Shown here piece by piece: positions 62,135 through 64,000 of a stretch of DNA of 64,000 nt. A program made the translations under genes and the position numbers. Below the pieces are notes generated by a model. That model saw only the letters and a program-made list of their open reading frames with translations. It made no database searches and was not told where the DNA came from. This stretch comes from a virus (Duplodnaviria > Heunggongvirae > Uroviricota > Caudoviricetes). The DNA is taken from the IMG/VR virus record IMGVR_UViG_2529292828_000009. One strand, 5' to 3'. Numbering within the stretch: the stretch's first letter is position 1; the number at the start of each line of letters is the position of its first letter.

Positions 62135-63385
62135 TTAAGTCTTTTTAAAATCAAATGGTGAAACTTGTCGTATTCTAAGGAGGTCAAGGTAATCGGCCCA
62201 CCACTGCAACATAAGCTTTCTCTCATCAAGGTGCTGTGCTTTATGTATGTAGGCAGCACGAACTGAGTTCCGCTCCTGATGGCTCATTTGCCGTTCAACA
62301 GCATCTTTCGACCACAAGCCGGATTCAATCAAGGCACTACAAGCCATAGCCCTGAATCCATGTCCACAGACCTCCACGGTTGTGTCATAGCCCATAGCTC
62401 GCAAAGCTTTATTAACTGTGTTCTCGCTCATAGGTTTGCGGAAATTATGATCGCCAATAAATACGAGTTCATGGTCACCACTGATCTCTTTGATTTTCGT
62501 CAGCACAGCCAATGCCTGACAACTCAAAGGAACAAGATGTGGAGTTCGCATTTTCGAACCACGGTGCGAATGTTTGACCCCTGGCAATGGTTCGCGTTCT
62601 CCAGGGATAGTCCACATCGCATTTTCAAAGTCGATCTCCGACCATCTTGCGAATCTGAGTTCACTGGAACGAATGAAAATGAGCAATGTAAGCTTTACGG
62701 CTAACTTAGTGAGTTTTCTACCCTTGAAGCTATCTATTCGTTCTAAAAGTTCTGAGAATCGTTCGAATGGCAAAGCTGGCCTGTGGACTCTTTTAGCTAC
62801 CGCAATAGCTCCTGCCATCTCTTGAGCAGGGTTGTAATCTATCAGCCCGTTCTGGACAGCATATCGCATCACTGCCGTTGTTCTTTGCTGTAGGCGGGAA
62901 GCAACTTCCAGTCGCCCAGAAGCTTCAACAGCCTTGATAGGGGCAAGAAGATCTCTGGTATTAAGCTCGGATATTTTTCTTTTACCAATAGCAGTAAAGA
63001 GACCATCTTCCATGCTTTTTAGAACTCTCTCGCTATGGGAATCTGACCATTTCCTTTTACAAGCCTTATGCCAGTCCCTGGCAACAGATTCAAAAGTAAG
63101 AGCTTCGCTCTGCTCGATCTTGTCTGCCTTTTTCTTCTCGGAAGGGTCGATACCATCAGATACCAACTTTTTAGCCTCATCTCGTTTCCTGCGAGCTTCA
63201 CCAAGAGAGACCATTGGATAAACACCCAATGCTAAAACTTTCTGTTTGCCATCGAAACGGTATTGGAGTCGCCAGTATTTTGAACCATTGGGGTTGATCA
63301 GCAGGTGCATACCCTGCCCATCTGTGAGTTTGAAAGGTTTGTCGGAGGGCTTGGTAGTCCTAACTTTGATATCGGTGAGAGCCAT
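62135..63385 (-). CDS. P4-family tyrosine integrase adjacent to leuX
   Basis: 416 aa; homologous to the integrase at 42898-44169; lies directly 3-prime of tRNA-Leu. Confidence 0.9.
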   Translation of the reverse strand: MALTDIKVRTTKPSDKPFKLTDGQGMHLLINPNGSKYWRLQYRFDGKQKVLALGVYPMVSLGEARRKRDEAKKLVSDGIDPSEKKKADKIEQSEALTFESVARDWHKACKRKWSDSHSERVLKSMEDGLFTAIGKRKISELNTRDLLAPIKAVEASGRLEVASRLQQRTTAVMRYAVQNGLIDYNPAQEMAGAIAVAKRVHRPALPFERFSELLERIDSFKGRKLTKLAVKLTLLIFIRSSELRFARWSEIDFENAMWTIPGEREPLPGVKHSHRGSKMRTPHLVPLSCQALAVLTKIKEISGDHELVFIGDHNFRKPMSENTVNKALRAMGYDTTVEVCGHGFRAMACSALIESGLWSKDAVERQMSHQERNSVRAAYIHKAQHLDERKLMLQWWADYLDLLRIRQVSPFDFKKT

Positions 63386-63574
63386 CAGTTGATACCTCCA
63401 GTGTTGGTACCAAAATCAATCGAACCGGGAATACCATCAGTTATACCATCATCGGTTGGTATATGTTCAAGGAACTGAGTAGACGTGAACAGACTAAGCC
63501 AAGTTAGAAACCTGCTTAACTTACTGTTTTTATGGACTAAAGTAGACGTTAGTAGACTTAAAAAAAGCTTTGTA

Positions 63575-63659
63575 TGGTGCCGAAGGCCGGACTCGAACCG
63601 GCACGTATTTCTACGGTTGATTTTGAATCAACTGCGTCTACCGATTTCGCCACTTCGGC
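63575..63659 (-). tRNA. leuX: tRNA-Leu (leuX-type)
   Basis: Reverse complement reads GCCGAAGTGGCGAAATCGGTAGACGCAGTTGATTCAAAATCAACCGTAGAAATACGTGCCGGTTCGAGTCCGGCCTTCGGCACCA. Confidence 0.9.
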
Positions 63660-63854
63660 ACTGAAGAGGTATGCGGAAAACGTTGTGGATTATACCTGTC
63701 GCACGCCACCATGCAAGCGCCAGCTTGCTCGCACCTCGCTAAGTGCTGAAATTTTCAGCATTGCATACCGCGATGTGTAACCTTTGTCACACTCCAGGCA
63801 CCCCGCCCTGCCATGCTCTACACTTCCCAGACAACACCAGAGAAGGACCAAAAA

Positions 63855-64000
63855 ATGTCGATGATAAAAAGCTATGCCGCAAAAGAAGCGGGCGGCGAAC
63901 TGGAAGTTTATGAGTACGATCCCGGTGAGCTGAAGCCACAAGATGTTGAAGTACAGGTGGATTACTGCGGGATTTGTCATTCCGATCTGTCGATGATCGA
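63855..64000 (+). CDS. ahr: Zn-dependent aldehyde reductase Ahr/YjgB, 5-prime part only (runs off window)
   Basis: [48 protein letters not shown]. Confidence 0.8.
   Translation, partial: MSMIKSYAAKEAGGELEVYEYDPGELKPQDVEVQVDYCGICHSDLSMI

Overview
This 64 kb window reads as E. coli-like chromosome around the fim / nan / leuX region, heavily loaded with mobile DNA. (1) 1-20007 is the repressor-proximal ~20 kb of a bacteriophage Mu(-like) prophage (c, ner, A, B, kil-like, gam, gemA, mor, C, lysis genes, terminase, portal, F, G, I, T), all except c on the minus strand; its left end sits inside fimF. (2) 20008-26902 carries fimF' (truncated), fimD, fimC, fimI, fimA, the 314-bp invertible fimS switch, fimE and fimB. 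(3) 28358-31245 is nanC-nanM-nanS, followed by an HNH-nuclease gene. (4) 32669-44344 is a P4-like satellite prophage (primase, AlpA, sid/psu/delta-like genes, integrase) whose cargo slot holds a SIR2 + HerA gene pair. (5) 44345-63574 is a second, AT-rich integrase island next to tRNA-Leu (leuX): a Kiwa-like pair, an orphan membrane protein, an MmeI-like Type IIG restriction-modification enzyme, a DUF4160/DUF2442 pair, MobC + relaxase, three envelope proteins, and a translationally coupled array of three tyrosine recombinases plus a small protein. (6) leuX and the start of ahr/yjgB close the window. All calls rest on reading the six-frame translations and the DNA by eye; no database search or HMM was run, so family names are motif- and architecture-based. 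The strongest candidates for something undescribed are the orphan membrane protein between Kiwa and the RM gene, the recombinase array, and the unassigned proteins beside the leuX integrase.
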